Origin: Acidobacteriota bacterium
GTDB taxonomy: Bacteria; Acidobacteriota; UBA890; WLXD01
Assembly (NCBI GenBank): GCA_965205505.1
Contig: CBDBHB010000008.1
Span: 160,001 to 224,000 of the forward strand
DNA: 64,000 nt
Reading direction: 5' to 3'
A model generated the notes under the pieces. The model saw only the letters and a program-made list of their open reading frames with translations, did not search any database and had not been told where the DNA came from. This document shows, one piece after another, positions 41,682 through 53,291 of this stretch (positions are counted from its first letter, which is position 1; every line of letters begins with the position of its first letter). A program made the position numbers and the translations under genes.

Positions 41682-42278
41682 CTACCAACGGCGATGCCAG
41701 ACGCCGTCGGCGTGACGGCGGCGCCAGAGCGAGAAACGGGCCGTGGCACCGTAGACCCGAATTGCGACGGCGTCGCCGAATCGGTTACGCAGGTAGAGGC
41801 TGCCGGACGTGGCCGTGCCATCGGCCGACAGTGACAGCAGATCGCCCCGGCCGAATGCAACGCCGTCTGTAGGCGGCGTGCCGCCAGTAGGGGTCCGCAC
41901 GCCCGGCGGCAGCCCCGCCGTCACTCCCGGGTAATTTCTGCTCACGCTGCGCGGCGGGCCGAGCGCCACATCACGCCCAGCCCGCAAATCGGCACGCCGC
42001 AGCCCGTCTCCATCCCCATCGGCGACCGGCGTCCAGACGATCTCCCCGGCCCTCGAATCTATGGCGATGCCACGCGAAGCACCGGCCGCAGCCGCGGCCG
42101 TGCGTAAGCCCACGGCAAAGAGCACCAGCTCTTCCGCCGCCGCCTCCAACCTCCGCGCCTGACGCCAGCGCACAAACGCTGGCGCCACTGTCTGGACGAC
42201 GATTCCCAACACCGCCAGCACAACCACCACCTCGATGATTGAGCTGCCCGTGCTGCGGCAGGCGCGGTTGGAGCTCAC
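41682..42278 (-). CDS. Prepilin-type (FimT/GspH-like) protein
   Basis: Class III signal G|SSIIEVVVVLAVLGIV; basic, Trp-rich C-terminus; GTGA overlap with comEA. Confidence 0.75.
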   Translation of the reverse strand: MSSNRACRSTGSSIIEVVVVLAVLGIVVQTVAPAFVRWRQARRLEAAAEELVLFAVGLRTAAAAAGASRGIAIDSRAGEIVWTPVADGDGDGLRRADLRAGRDVALGPPRSVSRNYPGVTAGLPPGVRTPTGGTPPTDGVAFGRGDLLSLSADGTATSGSLYLRNRFGDAVAIRVYGATARFSLWRRRHADGVWHRRW

Positions 42279-42643
42279 GCCCCTGAGTCGCCCCGAGCAT
42301 CGACGGTCACATAGGGACGCAGCTTTTCCAGTGTCGTCACCCCGATTCCGCGGATGTTCAACAGATCCTCGAGCCGCTCGAACGGCCCATGTTCCTTTCG
42401 CCAGTCGAGAATGCGACGCGCTGTCGCCAGACCGATTCCAGGAACCGTCTGCAGCTGCTCCTCATCGGCGCGGTTCACATCAACACGTGCCGTTGGAGCT
42501 TCCTGCTGCCAGGGAGCGTGTCTCCCAGCCTCCTGCTGTCGAGCTATCGACAGGTCAACTACCGCCGGCCGCTCGGCCACACTGAGCGCCGGCGCGGAAG
42601 CGACAATCACCAGCGCCACAGCTCCTACCAATCCGCAGATCAT
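42275..42643 (-). CDS. comEA: ComEA-family helix-hairpin-helix DNA-binding protein
   Basis: GGAGG SD, signal peptide, VDVNRADEEQLQTVPGIG..TARRI, F..LEDLLNIRGIG. Confidence 0.88.
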   Translation of the reverse strand: MICGLVGAVALVIVASAPALSVAERPAVVDLSIARQQEAGRHAPWQQEAPTARVDVNRADEEQLQTVPGIGLATARRILDWRKEHGPFERLEDLLNIRGIGVTTLEKLRPYVTVDARGDSGA

Positions 42644-42911
42644 GGTTCCCTCCGAGTTGCTGTTTGGCCTCTGTGGGCGCCGTGACCTCACCGCGCCCCG
42701 CTACCAGGAGACGGTCAACGATCCTCGGATTCTCGATCGGGGTGCGACCCCGCGACGGCGGCGCGGCGGGGCCCCGCGAGAGGTGTCCGGAGCCCATGAA
42801 GAAAGGTGATTTCGGCGTATCAGGCCACGTTTGCGTGCTTCCTGGGGGCGTGCTAGCTTGCCGTTCTTCCGCCTCCGGGACCTTTCTCCCGACAGTCCCG
42901 CCCACGAAAGC

Positions 42912-44369
42912 ATGGCCAAAGACCGAACATCTGACGATTCGTTCGTAACCGAGATCACGCCGAAGTCCGAGGACTTCTCGCGCTGGTATACGGACGTGGT
43001 TCGCCGTGCCGAGCTGGCTGACTACTCACCGGTCAAGGGGTGCATGGTCATCCGACCCTACGGCTACGCCTTGTGGGAGAACGCTCGCAACCTGCTCGAC
43101 GCCCGCATCAAGGCCACCGGACATCAGAACGCCTACTTCCCGCTGTTGATCCCGGAGAGCTTGCTCCAAAAAGAGGCCGAGCACGTGGAGGGGTTCGCGC
43201 CCGAGGTCGCGTGGGTCACACACGGCGGCGACGAAGAGCTCGAAGAGCGCCTTGCCATTCGCCCCACATCCGAGGCGATCATCTGCAGCATGTACAGCAA
43301 GTGGGTGCAGTCCTGGCGCGACCTCCCGGTGCTCATCAACCAGTGGGCGAACGTGGTGCGCTGGGAGAAAGTGACGCGATTCTTCCTGCGCACGACGGAG
43401 TTTCTCTGGCAGGAGGGACACACCGCCCACGCAACCGAGGCGGAGGCGCAGGAGGAGACCTTGAAGATGCTCGGTGTCTACCGAGACTTCCTCACTGAGG
43501 ATCTCGCCATCCCGGCGATCCCGGGCATCAAGACCGATCGTGAGAAGTTCGCTGGCGCCGATCGCACATACACGGTCGAGGCGATGATGTCCGACGGGCG
43601 AGCGCTGCAGGCCGGAACCTCGCACAACCTCGGACAGAGATTCGCCAAGGCGTTCGACATTCGATTCGAGGACCGGAACCAGGAGCTGCAGTACGCCTGG
43701 AGCACTTCCTGGGGTATGTCGACGCGAACCATCGGCGCGCTCATCATGACCCACGGCGATGACAGCGGACTGCAGCTGCCGCCACGTGTGGCCCCCTACC
43801 ACGTGGTGATCGTTCCCATCCGGGCGGGCAGCTACGAGGAGGAGGTACTGCCGGCCGCCAGGGTGCTGCGCGACCTGCTCGTCACCGCCGGCCTACGTGT
43901 CTATCTCGACGACCGCGACGAGCATACTCCTGGCTGGAAGTACAGCGAGTGGGAGATGCGCGGCGTGCCACTGCGCGCCGAGATTGGGCCGCGCGATGTC
44001 GCCAAGAGGCAGACCGTGCTGGTGCGGCGGGACACCCGTGAGAAGAGCTTCGTGCCGGTGGACCACGCACCCTCGACCGCCGCGAAGTTGCTGGACGAGA
44101 TTCAGACTTCCATGCTGGAGTCGGCGCGCGCCTTCACCACCGACAACACCCACGCTGTCGACAACTACGACACCTTCCGCGAGATCATGTCCGGGCAGCG
44201 CGGCTTTCTGAAGGTGAACTGGTGCGGCGACGTCGACATCGAGGCACGCATCAAGGACGAGACCTCTGCCACCATCCGCTGTCTGTTGCTCGACGAGGAG
44301 CCCAGCGGGCCCTGCTTCTACAGCGGCGAGCCGGCGAAGCACGTGGCGTTGTTCGCCAAGTCGTACTGA
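42912..44369 (+). CDS. proS: Proline--tRNA ligase (archaeal/eukaryotic type)
   Basis: DFSRWY, HVEGFAPEVAWV, RPTSE, FLRTTEFLWQEGHT, ends FAKSY. Confidence 0.97.
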   Translation: MAKDRTSDDSFVTEITPKSEDFSRWYTDVVRRAELADYSPVKGCMVIRPYGYALWENARNLLDARIKATGHQNAYFPLLIPESLLQKEAEHVEGFAPEVAWVTHGGDEELEERLAIRPTSEAIICSMYSKWVQSWRDLPVLINQWANVVRWEKVTRFFLRTTEFLWQEGHTAHATEAEAQEETLKMLGVYRDFLTEDLAIPAIPGIKTDREKFAGADRTYTVEAMMSDGRALQAGTSHNLGQRFAKAFDIRFEDRNQELQYAWSTSWGMSTRTIGALIMTHGDDSGLQLPPRVAPYHVVIVPIRAGSYEEEVLPAARVLRDLLVTAGLRVYLDDRDEHTPGWKYSEWEMRGVPLRAEIGPRDVAKRQTVLVRRDTREKSFVPVDHAPSTAAKLLDEIQTSMLESARAFTTDNTHAVDNYDTFREIMSGQRGFLKVNWCGDVDIEARIKDETSATIRCLLLDEEPSGPCFYSGEPAKHVALFAKSY

Positions 44370-44370
44370 A

Positions 44371-44931
44371 CTAGGCGCGCAGCAGCGCCTCGATGCTCGC
44401 CGCGACGTCATCGACCGGCGCCTCGGCATCGACGATCAGATCCGCCTGCGCATAGATCGCGTTGCGCTGCTCCAGTAGTACCTGGGCTGCCTCTGGATCG
44501 GCCCACAGCGGACGGACGGCTCGCTGTCGCGCCCCTGCAGCGTCGATCCGACGACGCAATTCGGCAAACTCGCAGCGCAACCATACCGAGGTTGCCGTCC
44601 GCGCCGACAGCTCGCGGTTCTCCGCCGCCAGGTGGGCTCCGCCCCCCAGGGCAACGACGGTGCGCGGTTTCTGCGTTGCCTGACGGAGGACGAATGTCTC
44701 CGTCTGCCGGAAGCTCTCCTCGCCTTCCTCGGCAAAGATATCGGCGATCGGACGGCCAGCGTGCCGCACGATAAGAACGTCGAGATCGAGGAAGTTCCAT
44801 AGCAGGCGGCGGGCTAGCAACTGGCCCACGGTACTCTTGCCGCACCCCATGAAGCCCACCAGGTGAACCTGCCGCTTGCCACGCGCATCGTGGTGCATCG
44901 TGACAAGGCTTTCGGGGGCATCAGCGGTCAT
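44371..44931 (-). CDS. aroK: Shikimate kinase
   Basis: GFMGCGKST, GEESFR, LGGG, RPL. Confidence 0.93.
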   Translation of the reverse strand: MTADAPESLVTMHHDARGKRQVHLVGFMGCGKSTVGQLLARRLLWNFLDLDVLIVRHAGRPIADIFAEEGEESFRQTETFVLRQATQKPRTVVALGGGAHLAAENRELSARTATSVWLRCEFAELRRRIDAAGARQRAVRPLWADPEAAQVLLEQRNAIYAQADLIVDAEAPVDDVAASIEALLRA

Positions 44932-46229
44932 CGACGGGCGACCAACCTCAATTGCTCATAGAAGCCGGGATACGACACCGACGCGGCGTCGGCACCGAGG
45001 ACTTCGATGCGGCCGCTCGCCGCACCGGCGACGGCGGCCATCGCCAGCGCAATGCGATGGTCTCCGCAGGCATCGACGGTCCCACCCATCAAGCCCTGGC
45101 GGCCCGGTACGGCTAAACCGTCAGGGAACTCGTCGACCTGCGCGCCCAGCGCCCTAAGGGCCGCACAGACTGCTGCAATACGGTCGCTCTCCTTGACCCG
45201 CAGCTCGGCGGCGCCGCGAATCTCCACGCCCTCCTCGGTCAGCGGTCCCAGCAACGCCAGCAACGGCAGCTCGTCAATCAGCGCTGTCACCGCCCCCGCA
45301 GCTATGACACCTCCGCGCAGGCCGCCGCCGTGGCGCACACGCAGCAAGGCGCAGGGCTCACCGTGCCAGTCGTACTCGGGCTCGAGCTCGATCATGGCGC
45401 CCCAGTCACGCAGCACGTCAAGCACCGCCGAGCGCGTCGAATTGACACCCACACCTGGGAGCTCCACATCCGCATGTTGGGCAACGCTTGCCGCTGCAAC
45501 CCAGTAGGCAGCCGACGACACGTCACCTGGCACTCTGCCCTGCAGCGGTCCGAGCCGTGGCCGCGGGCGCAACCTCACGCCGCCGTCAGCTGCAGCGCCT
45601 GTAATCTCCGCTCCCATCGATGCGAGCATACGTTCGAGGTGATCGCGTGAAGGCCGCTCCTCGTGCACCACAGTGTCGTAGTCGGCGCGCAGCCCGGCCA
45701 GCAGCACACAGGACTTCACCTGAGCCGACGGTACCGGCGTTCGATATGTGACGCCGCGTAGCTGGGCGCCTTCAACGATGAGAGGTGGACGGCCACCATC
45801 GCGCGTGCTCACCGTCGCACCCATCGCCCGTAGCGGCTCTGCGATGCGCTCCATCGGGCGGCCACGCAGCGACCGGTCCCCGTCCAGCGTGGTACGAAAC
45901 TGATTGCCGGCCACCAGTCCGGCGAGCAGCCGCATGGTCGTGCCACTGTTGCCGCACGGGAGCGGATCGGCGGACTGCCGCAGCCCGTCTATCCCCGCAC
46001 CGCGCACACGCGTCGACCCGTCGGACGAACCCTCGTCGATCTCGATACCGAGTTGCTGCAAGCACACCGCGGTCGAGCGCACGTCCTCTCCCCGCGATAG
46101 TCCATGAATGTGGCTCGTTCCGACCGCCACCGCTGCCAGCATCAGCGCCCGATGGGAGATCGATTTGTCACCGGGAACTTCGATCCGACCGTGCAGGCCA
46201 ACCGCAGGTTCGAGATCCCAACGGGCCAT
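44928..46229 (-). CDS. aroA: EPSP synthase
   Basis: PGDKSISHR, GNSGTTMRL, SAQVK, RVKESDR, DHRIA. Confidence 0.96.
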   Translation of the reverse strand: MARWDLEPAVGLHGRIEVPGDKSISHRALMLAAVAVGTSHIHGLSRGEDVRSTAVCLQQLGIEIDEGSSDGSTRVRGAGIDGLRQSADPLPCGNSGTTMRLLAGLVAGNQFRTTLDGDRSLRGRPMERIAEPLRAMGATVSTRDGGRPPLIVEGAQLRGVTYRTPVPSAQVKSCVLLAGLRADYDTVVHEERPSRDHLERMLASMGAEITGAAADGGVRLRPRPRLGPLQGRVPGDVSSAAYWVAAASVAQHADVELPGVGVNSTRSAVLDVLRDWGAMIELEPEYDWHGEPCALLRVRHGGGLRGGVIAAGAVTALIDELPLLALLGPLTEEGVEIRGAAELRVKESDRIAAVCAALRALGAQVDEFPDGLAVPGRQGLMGGTVDACGDHRIALAMAAVAGAASGRIEVLGADAASVSYPGFYEQLRLVARR

Positions 46230-46247
46230 GGACCGTATCCGTCGAGG

Positions 46248-46358
46248 CTATTCGTCGCGGCCGCGGTCGATCCGTACCGAGCGCAACAGCAGCAGCCCGA
46301 AGCCGCCCCATATGAATCCGAGGACGAACAACATCATGACAATCGCGCCTGCGTCCAT
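46248..46358 (-). CDS. 36-aa small membrane subunit of NSS transporter (MetS-like), absent from the ORF track
   Basis: MDAGAIVMMLFVLGFIWGGFGLLLLRSVRIDRGRDE*; GGAGG SD; begins 2 nt after the transporter stop. Confidence 0.8.
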   Translation of the reverse strand: MDAGAIVMMLFVLGFIWGGFGLLLLRSVRIDRGRDE

Positions 46359-46360
46359 CG

Positions 46361-47857
46361 TCAACTTCCTCCACTAGCAGGCCGTGCTGTCTCGACGCCC
46401 AGCGTCGCAGCGGCGATGCGATCGTTGAGCAGCCAGAAGATGAAGAAGGCCACTCCCCACTGCAACAAGCAGGTTCCCAGGCTGAACGAGGCAAACGGGT
46501 TCCACCAGTCCGGCTCGCTGATGGCGGCCTGATACAGCCACCAGGCGATCAGAATCAAGAACTGGGCCGGCACCACCCAGCGAAGTAAGACATCGAACCA
46601 CCTGCCAATCGGCAGGTCGTTGCGCGCCGGCTCGATGAGCTCGCGCCGGAAGCGCGCCGCACCGAAGCGATTCACCGCCACGGCAAAAAGGAAGCCCGAC
46701 ACCATCAGGCCAATCCCCCAGACGTTGTCCTGGTTCACCAGAAACTCGGTATTGAGCGCCGATGGCAGGCCGAACAGGAAACCGCCCACCGTCACGAAGA
46801 TCACCGCGCGCTCCCGGCTGAGGCCAGCGTCAACGAACAGGCGCGACGACATTTCAATCATCGCAACCAGCGAAGATATCGCCGCTACGACCAGCGCCAG
46901 GAAAAAGAGCACCAGTGAGACCTGCCCGAATGGCATCTGCTGGAATAGCTCGGGAATCCACAAAAAGCTGAGCGCCGTGTTCCCCGGACCTCCCAGCTGC
47001 AGCAGTTCCTCGGCCGGCGGGCTACCGGGGTTCGACGGAGCCAACGCGAACACCGAGCAGATCACCATGATGCCGGCCAACAACGAGGCGGCGTTGTTGC
47101 CGAAGCCAATGGTCAGTGAGTTCATCACGATGTCGTCGCGATGGCTGGTGTAGATCGAGTACGTCAGCAACAGTCCATAGCCGGCACCAGTCGACCACGC
47201 CGACTGCGTCAAGCCCTCGAGCCAGATCCGGTAGTCGAGCAGCGCGCCCAGGTCGGGGTTGAAGAGAAAGTTCAAACCGCCGATCGCTCCCGGAAGGGTG
47301 ACCGCCCGCACCGCCCCTCCCAGCAACAGCAGGAACAGCAGCGGGATCATCACCTTGCTGGCGCGCTCGATGCCGGCCACCACACCACGATAGACGATGG
47401 CCCCGGCGCAGCTGATCGCCACCAGGAGGAAGAAGACCGATTCGCTCGGCGATGCCTGAAACGCGTCCCAGAACCCGCGCCCGCCCTGCTCGAACACGTC
47501 TCCGCTGATCGCTCCGAACAGATACTTGAAGCACCACCCAGCGACCACCGCGTAGTAGAACATGATCGCCATCGAGCAGAAGCCGATGAAGCTGCCCATC
47601 CACGAGACGTTGCGCCCCACCAACCTGCCAAATGCGCCGATGGTGCCCTTCTGCGCTTGCCGCCCCATGGCCGTCTCGACCATCAGCAGCGGGATCGACC
47701 ACAGCAGCAGGAACACCAGCCAGGGGATGAGGAACTCCCCGCCGCCGTTCTGTGCAGCGACACGTGGAAATCGCCAGATGTTGCCGGTGCCGACAGCCAT
47801 CCCGATAGCCGCTACCAGTAAACCGAACCGGGAGGTGAACTGTTCCTGTGTCTTCAT
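46361..47857 (-). CDS. Sodium-dependent NSS/SNF family amino-acid transporter
   Basis: GMAVGTGNIWRFP..NGGGEFLIPW; many transmembrane helices. Confidence 0.93.
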   Translation of the reverse strand: MKTQEQFTSRFGLLVAAIGMAVGTGNIWRFPRVAAQNGGGEFLIPWLVFLLLWSIPLLMVETAMGRQAQKGTIGAFGRLVGRNVSWMGSFIGFCSMAIMFYYAVVAGWCFKYLFGAISGDVFEQGGRGFWDAFQASPSESVFFLLVAISCAGAIVYRGVVAGIERASKVMIPLLFLLLLGGAVRAVTLPGAIGGLNFLFNPDLGALLDYRIWLEGLTQSAWSTGAGYGLLLTYSIYTSHRDDIVMNSLTIGFGNNAASLLAGIMVICSVFALAPSNPGSPPAEELLQLGGPGNTALSFLWIPELFQQMPFGQVSLVLFFLALVVAAISSLVAMIEMSSRLFVDAGLSRERAVIFVTVGGFLFGLPSALNTEFLVNQDNVWGIGLMVSGFLFAVAVNRFGAARFRRELIEPARNDLPIGRWFDVLLRWVVPAQFLILIAWWLYQAAISEPDWWNPFASFSLGTCLLQWGVAFFIFWLLNDRIAAATLGVETARPASGGS

Positions 47858-48442
47858 CGCGAGCGACTCTGAATCGAATCTCTGTAATTTGTTGATCTCA
47901 AAAGGTTTATCTATCCGGATCGTTTGCCGAATCGCCTCATCCCTGGTCAGCCTTGCAGAGCAACGCGGCGAGCGGGCGGATTCTAGCCCGTCGCTGGCCG
48001 TCGTGCGACTGGCGCCGGCTGGCTAACTCAACCGCCCCTCACACTTTGGCGCTGTCGTGCCGGGGACGCCGCCGCGCCCGCGTGTTTTCCTGCCGCCGAC
48101 TGCAACCTGCGCCATATAGCTTTCGTCACATAGTATGTCTCACGGAATCAACGACGGCATGGGGCCGTCCCCGCGCTGAGCCTGGTCGCCGTCGGCACGG
48201 CCTGATTCGGCGAGGGATTGCCGGCCGGTTCCGTAGGCACTGCGTGCCCCTTTGATCTCACGAGCGACGGCGCGCAGTATCCTGGGGCTTCTCCCGAGCG
48301 CCGAATGCCATATGCTGCCCGGTCGGCACCCGATGCCGCTGGCAGCACATCCGCAACCGACCCAGGCGCCCGGCACCGTTTGTTGAAATTCTGCCCTCCG
48401 GCAAGAGATCGGGATGAGGATTACTCCGGAGCGAGGAAGACC

Positions 48443-49603
48443 ATGGACTTCTCACTGACCGCCGAACAAGAGCTGATCATCGAGAGCACCCGCGAGTTCG
48501 TGCAGCGCGAGTTGCTGCCACACGAAGACCTTGTCGAAGAAGCCGACGAAGTCCCGGACGAGCTATACGAGCAAGTCAAGCAACGCGCCCTCGAGCAAGG
48601 GCTGTACGCTGCCGATATCCCCACCAAGTACGGCGGGGGCGGGCTCGACCCACTCTCGTTCACGTTGCTCGAGCGCGAGCTCGGCTGGGCCTCCTACGCG
48701 CTGCAGTACATCGTGCACCGCCCCTGCAACATCCTGCAGGCGGGAACGGACGAACAGATCGAGACCTACCTGAAGCCGACCGTACGCGGTGAGCGCCTCG
48801 ACTGCCTGGCGATGACGGAGCCCGCCGCCGGATCGGACCTGCGAGGCATGCAAACAACCGCGAAGAAGGACGGCGACGACTACGTCATAAACGGCTCCAA
48901 GATCTACATCAGCTTCGGCATGCGCGCCGACTACGTGATTCTGTTCGCGGTCACCGGCGTCGACGAGACGTCGCGCGGCCCGCGCAACGAAATCTCCACA
49001 TTCCTGGTCGACAAGGGCACGCCGGGCTTCGAATGGCAGTACGGCGGCAGCTGCGTGTCGCATCGCGGCTACGACCACGCCGAGCTGTTCTTCGACAGCT
49101 GCCGCGTGCCCGCGACCCAGATGCTGGGCGAGCCCGGCGAGGGATTCAAGCTCGCCGGGGTATGGCTGGCGCCGGCCCGCCTCTCGATGGGCGCGTTGTG
49201 CGTTGGCCGGGCGAAGCGGGTGTTCAAGCTGGCGTCCGAATGGGCCGCCACCCGCAAACAGTTCGGCAAGCCCATCGGCCAGTTCCAGGGAACCGGCTTC
49301 AAAATCGCCGACATGGCAGCGCAGATCGAGGCCGCCGACCTGCTCACCCTCAAGGCGGCGTGGAAGTGTTCCCAGGGCACCATGACGGGCCTCGACGCCG
49401 CGGTGTCGAAGCTCTATGCCAGCGAGATGCTCGCCATGGTCACCGACCACGCGGTGCAGATTTACGGCGGTATGGGGGTGATGAAGGAGATGCCCATCGA
49501 GCGCTTCTGGAGAGACGCGCGGCTCGACCGCATCTGGGACGGCACCAGCGAGATTCAGCGCCACATCATCGCGCGCTCGATCCTGCGTCCGCTGGAAGGC
49601 TGA
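48443..49603 (+). CDS. Acyl-CoA dehydrogenase
   Basis: GAGG SD, AMTEPAAGSD, RKQFGKPI, AVQIYGGMG, RIWDGTSEIQR. Confidence 0.93.
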   Translation: MDFSLTAEQELIIESTREFVQRELLPHEDLVEEADEVPDELYEQVKQRALEQGLYAADIPTKYGGGGLDPLSFTLLERELGWASYALQYIVHRPCNILQAGTDEQIETYLKPTVRGERLDCLAMTEPAAGSDLRGMQTTAKKDGDDYVINGSKIYISFGMRADYVILFAVTGVDETSRGPRNEISTFLVDKGTPGFEWQYGGSCVSHRGYDHAELFFDSCRVPATQMLGEPGEGFKLAGVWLAPARLSMGALCVGRAKRVFKLASEWAATRKQFGKPIGQFQGTGFKIADMAAQIEAADLLTLKAAWKCSQGTMTGLDAAVSKLYASEMLAMVTDHAVQIYGGMGVMKEMPIERFWRDARLDRIWDGTSEIQRHIIARSILRPLEG

Positions 49604-49613
49604 TCACGGCGCA

Positions 49614-50273
49614 CTAGCGGGCGCCGCGATCGCCCAGGCCACTGACCGCGCTCTCGAGAACGGCGCGTGCCGCGCCCAGCGGATCAGCCTGCGCCACCAC
49701 CGCCGAGAGCACGGCGACGCAGTCGGCGCCGGCGGCAGTGACGCCGCGTGCGTTGGTCGCGTCGATACCACCGATGGCCACCAGCGGCTGATCGGTGAGT
49801 CGCCGCGCGGCGCGCACGTGCTCCAGGCCGACGGCGGCTCCGGCGTTTGCCTTGCTACCGGTGGCGAACACCGGACCCACCGCAAGGTAGTCGATCGGCA
49901 GCTCGCCAGACCCCTGAACGTCACCGAGAGAGTCGGTCGACAGCCCCAAGCACTCCTCTGCCAATAGCCGGCGAGCCCGCTCGACGGGCATGTCCGTCTG
50001 GCCGATGTGGGAGCCGACGCCAGTCAGCGCCGCCGCGACCCCGACACGGTCGTTGAGCAGCAGATAAATGCCCAGCGAGTCGCACAGGCGCTCGGCGACG
50101 CTAGCGGCGGCGAAGAACGCGTCGTCGGTGGCGTGCTTGTCGCGATACTGCACCCATTCCGCACCGGCCTCCGCGAGTGCCTCCAGGGTCGGCGACAGCG
50201 GCCACCTCGCGATGCCCGGGTCATAGATCGGCAGCATCGCCGGAATTCGGCCGGTGACCCACGGCAACGGCAT
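49614..50273 (-). CDS. thiE: Thiamine-phosphate synthase
   Basis: QYRDK, LNDR, HIGQTD, GPVFATGSK, VAIGGI. Confidence 0.85.
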   Translation of the reverse strand: MPLPWVTGRIPAMLPIYDPGIARWPLSPTLEALAEAGAEWVQYRDKHATDDAFFAAASVAERLCDSLGIYLLLNDRVGVAAALTGVGSHIGQTDMPVERARRLLAEECLGLSTDSLGDVQGSGELPIDYLAVGPVFATGSKANAGAAVGLEHVRAARRLTDQPLVAIGGIDATNARGVTAAGADCVAVLSAVVAQADPLGAARAVLESAVSGLGDRGAR

Positions 50274-50279
50274 CGACGG

Positions 50280-51641
<1,362 letters not shown>

Positions 51642-51680
51642 ATTCCAAAAGCACCGGCGCAGATGGCGACGGGCAACGGG

Positions 51681-52133
51681 TCAGTCAGGCCGTACGGCAA
51701 AGAGCTCCTGGCCGTACTCCACTGGCTGGGCGTTCTCGTGCAGCACCGCGACGAGCTCTCCACCGACATCGGAGGTAATCTCGTTCATCAGCTTCATGGC
51801 CTCGACAATGCACAGGATCTGACCCTCTTCGATACGGTCGCCGACTTGTACGAACGCCTCCGCCCCCGGCTCCGGCCCCAAGTAGAGCGTCCCCACCATT
51901 GGCGACCGAATCACGTGTGCACCGTCGTATTCCGTAGCAACCGCGGCTGTATCGCCATGACCTGCGCCCGTTGCGATCGTGCGTGCGGTGGATGAAATCG
52001 GTGCAGCGGCGGCGATAACGTGAGGCTCGGGGCGTCGAATGCGTAGGCTCACCCCATGTTGCTCGATCTGGAGCTCCGCCAGATCGTGCTCGATCATCAG
52101 GTCCACAAACTCGCGAATGCGGTCGATTTCCAA
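51681..52133 (-). CDS. accB: Biotin carboxyl carrier protein
   Basis: SPMVGT, EAMKLMNE. Confidence 0.96.
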   Translation of the reverse strand: MEIDRIREFVDLMIEHDLAELQIEQHGVSLRIRRPEPHVIAAAAPISSTARTIATGAGHGDTAAVATEYDGAHVIRSPMVGTLYLGPEPGAEAFVQVGDRIEEGQILCIVEAMKLMNEITSDVGGELVAVLHENAQPVEYGQELFAVRPD

Positions 52134-52205
52134 TACCGGTCTCCGGTGTAGGCGGACCCCAGAATACCACCGGTACGGTGGGGCTTCACACGCCTACGGA
52201 CTCCG

Positions 52206-53291
52206 TTAGGTCGCCGCGAACATTGCTCTCGGAGGCAACCGGTTCAGCACCTCGGCGCCGGTCTCTGTGACCAGCACCAAGTCTTCAAGTCGCATGCCGC
52301 CCTTCCCCGGCAGGTAGACACCCGGCTCAATCGTGACGACGGTACCGGCCATCAACAGGTCGTCGCTTCGCTGCGCCAGGCGGGGAGCCTCATGCACCTC
52401 GAGGCCTACCCCGTGTCCGAGCGAATGCACGAACGCCTCGCCGAGGCCCCGTTCCGCGAGCGCCTGACGCGCTGCCGCATCCACTTCGCGAGCAGACACC
52501 CCCGCCGTCACCACAGCCAGCGCCGCCCCGCGAGCCGCGCTCAGAGCCTCCTGTACACGCTTCCAGCGAGCCGGCAGTTCCGGGCCCAGGAAAACCGCCC
52601 GCGTAATATCGCTGCAATAACCGTCCACCACACAACCCATGTCGACAACCGCCAGCTCACCATCTTGAAGTACGCGGTCGGTAGGACTTGCGTGCGGCAG
52701 AGCGCCGCGAGGACCCGACGCGACGATGGTGTCGAACGACATGCGCTCTGCTCCCCGCACCCTACAGGCGTGCTCTAGCGCCGCCGCCAATCCAACCTCG
52801 GTGATCCCTGACCGCAAAGCCTCGACGGTCTCTTCGAGCGCCGATTCCGCCACCTCCAGTGCCTTACGGATAGCACTGACCTCGCTACGGTCCTTTTCGA
52901 CACGAAGCTCCTCAACCAGATCGCGAGTTCCCTGCCAATGGATGGCGTCGTGTACTCGTTCGAGCTCCTCCCAGACGGCCACCGGCACGCCGTTTGCCTC
53001 GAAGCCCACGGGTGCCGCAATGTGTTCGAGTGACGGCCCCAACGCCAACGTCAGGCCGGTGGAGGCGATGATCAGGTCGCAGTCGGGCGCTTCGTCGACC
53101 GCCTGCTGACGGTAGCGCGAGTCCGTCACCAGGGTGGATCGCACCGGCTCCACAACGGCCCACCCGCTGGAGCCGGTAAACCCCGTCAGGTAGCGCACGT
53201 TGGCGCGCTGCGTGCACAGCAGCGCGCCGAGCCCAGCTGCCTCGAGCAAGTCGAGGAGTCGACGGCGACGGTCGGCCGCGCGAGCGTTCAG
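52206..53291 (-). CDS. Xaa-Pro aminopeptidase (M24B); start at CTG 53291 or TTG 53249
   Basis: [45 protein letters not shown]. Confidence 0.92.
   Translation of the reverse strand: MNARAADRRRRLLDLLEAAGLGALLCTQRANVRYLTGFTGSSGWAVVEPVRSTLVTDSRYRQQAVDEAPDCDLIIASTGLTLALGPSLEHIAAPVGFEANGVPVAVWEELERVHDAIHWQGTRDLVEELRVEKDRSEVSAIRKALEVAESALEETVEALRSGITEVGLAAALEHACRVRGAERMSFDTIVASGPRGALPHASPTDRVLQDGELAVVDMGCVVDGYCSDITRAVFLGPELPARWKRVQEALSAARGAALAVVTAGVSAREVDAAARQALAERGLGEAFVHSLGHGVGLEVHEAPRLAQRSDDLLMAGTVVTIEPGVYLPGKGGMRLEDLVLVTETGAEVLNRLPPRAMFAAT

Noticed and set aside
46374-46386. 13-bp match to the family B end (CTAGCAGGCCGTG) inside the NSS gene 3' end
   Set aside because: Too short and no partner end; could be a remnant but cannot be supported
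47858-48000. SAM or other riboswitch upstream of the NSS transporter
   Set aside because: No recognisable aptamer consensus by eye
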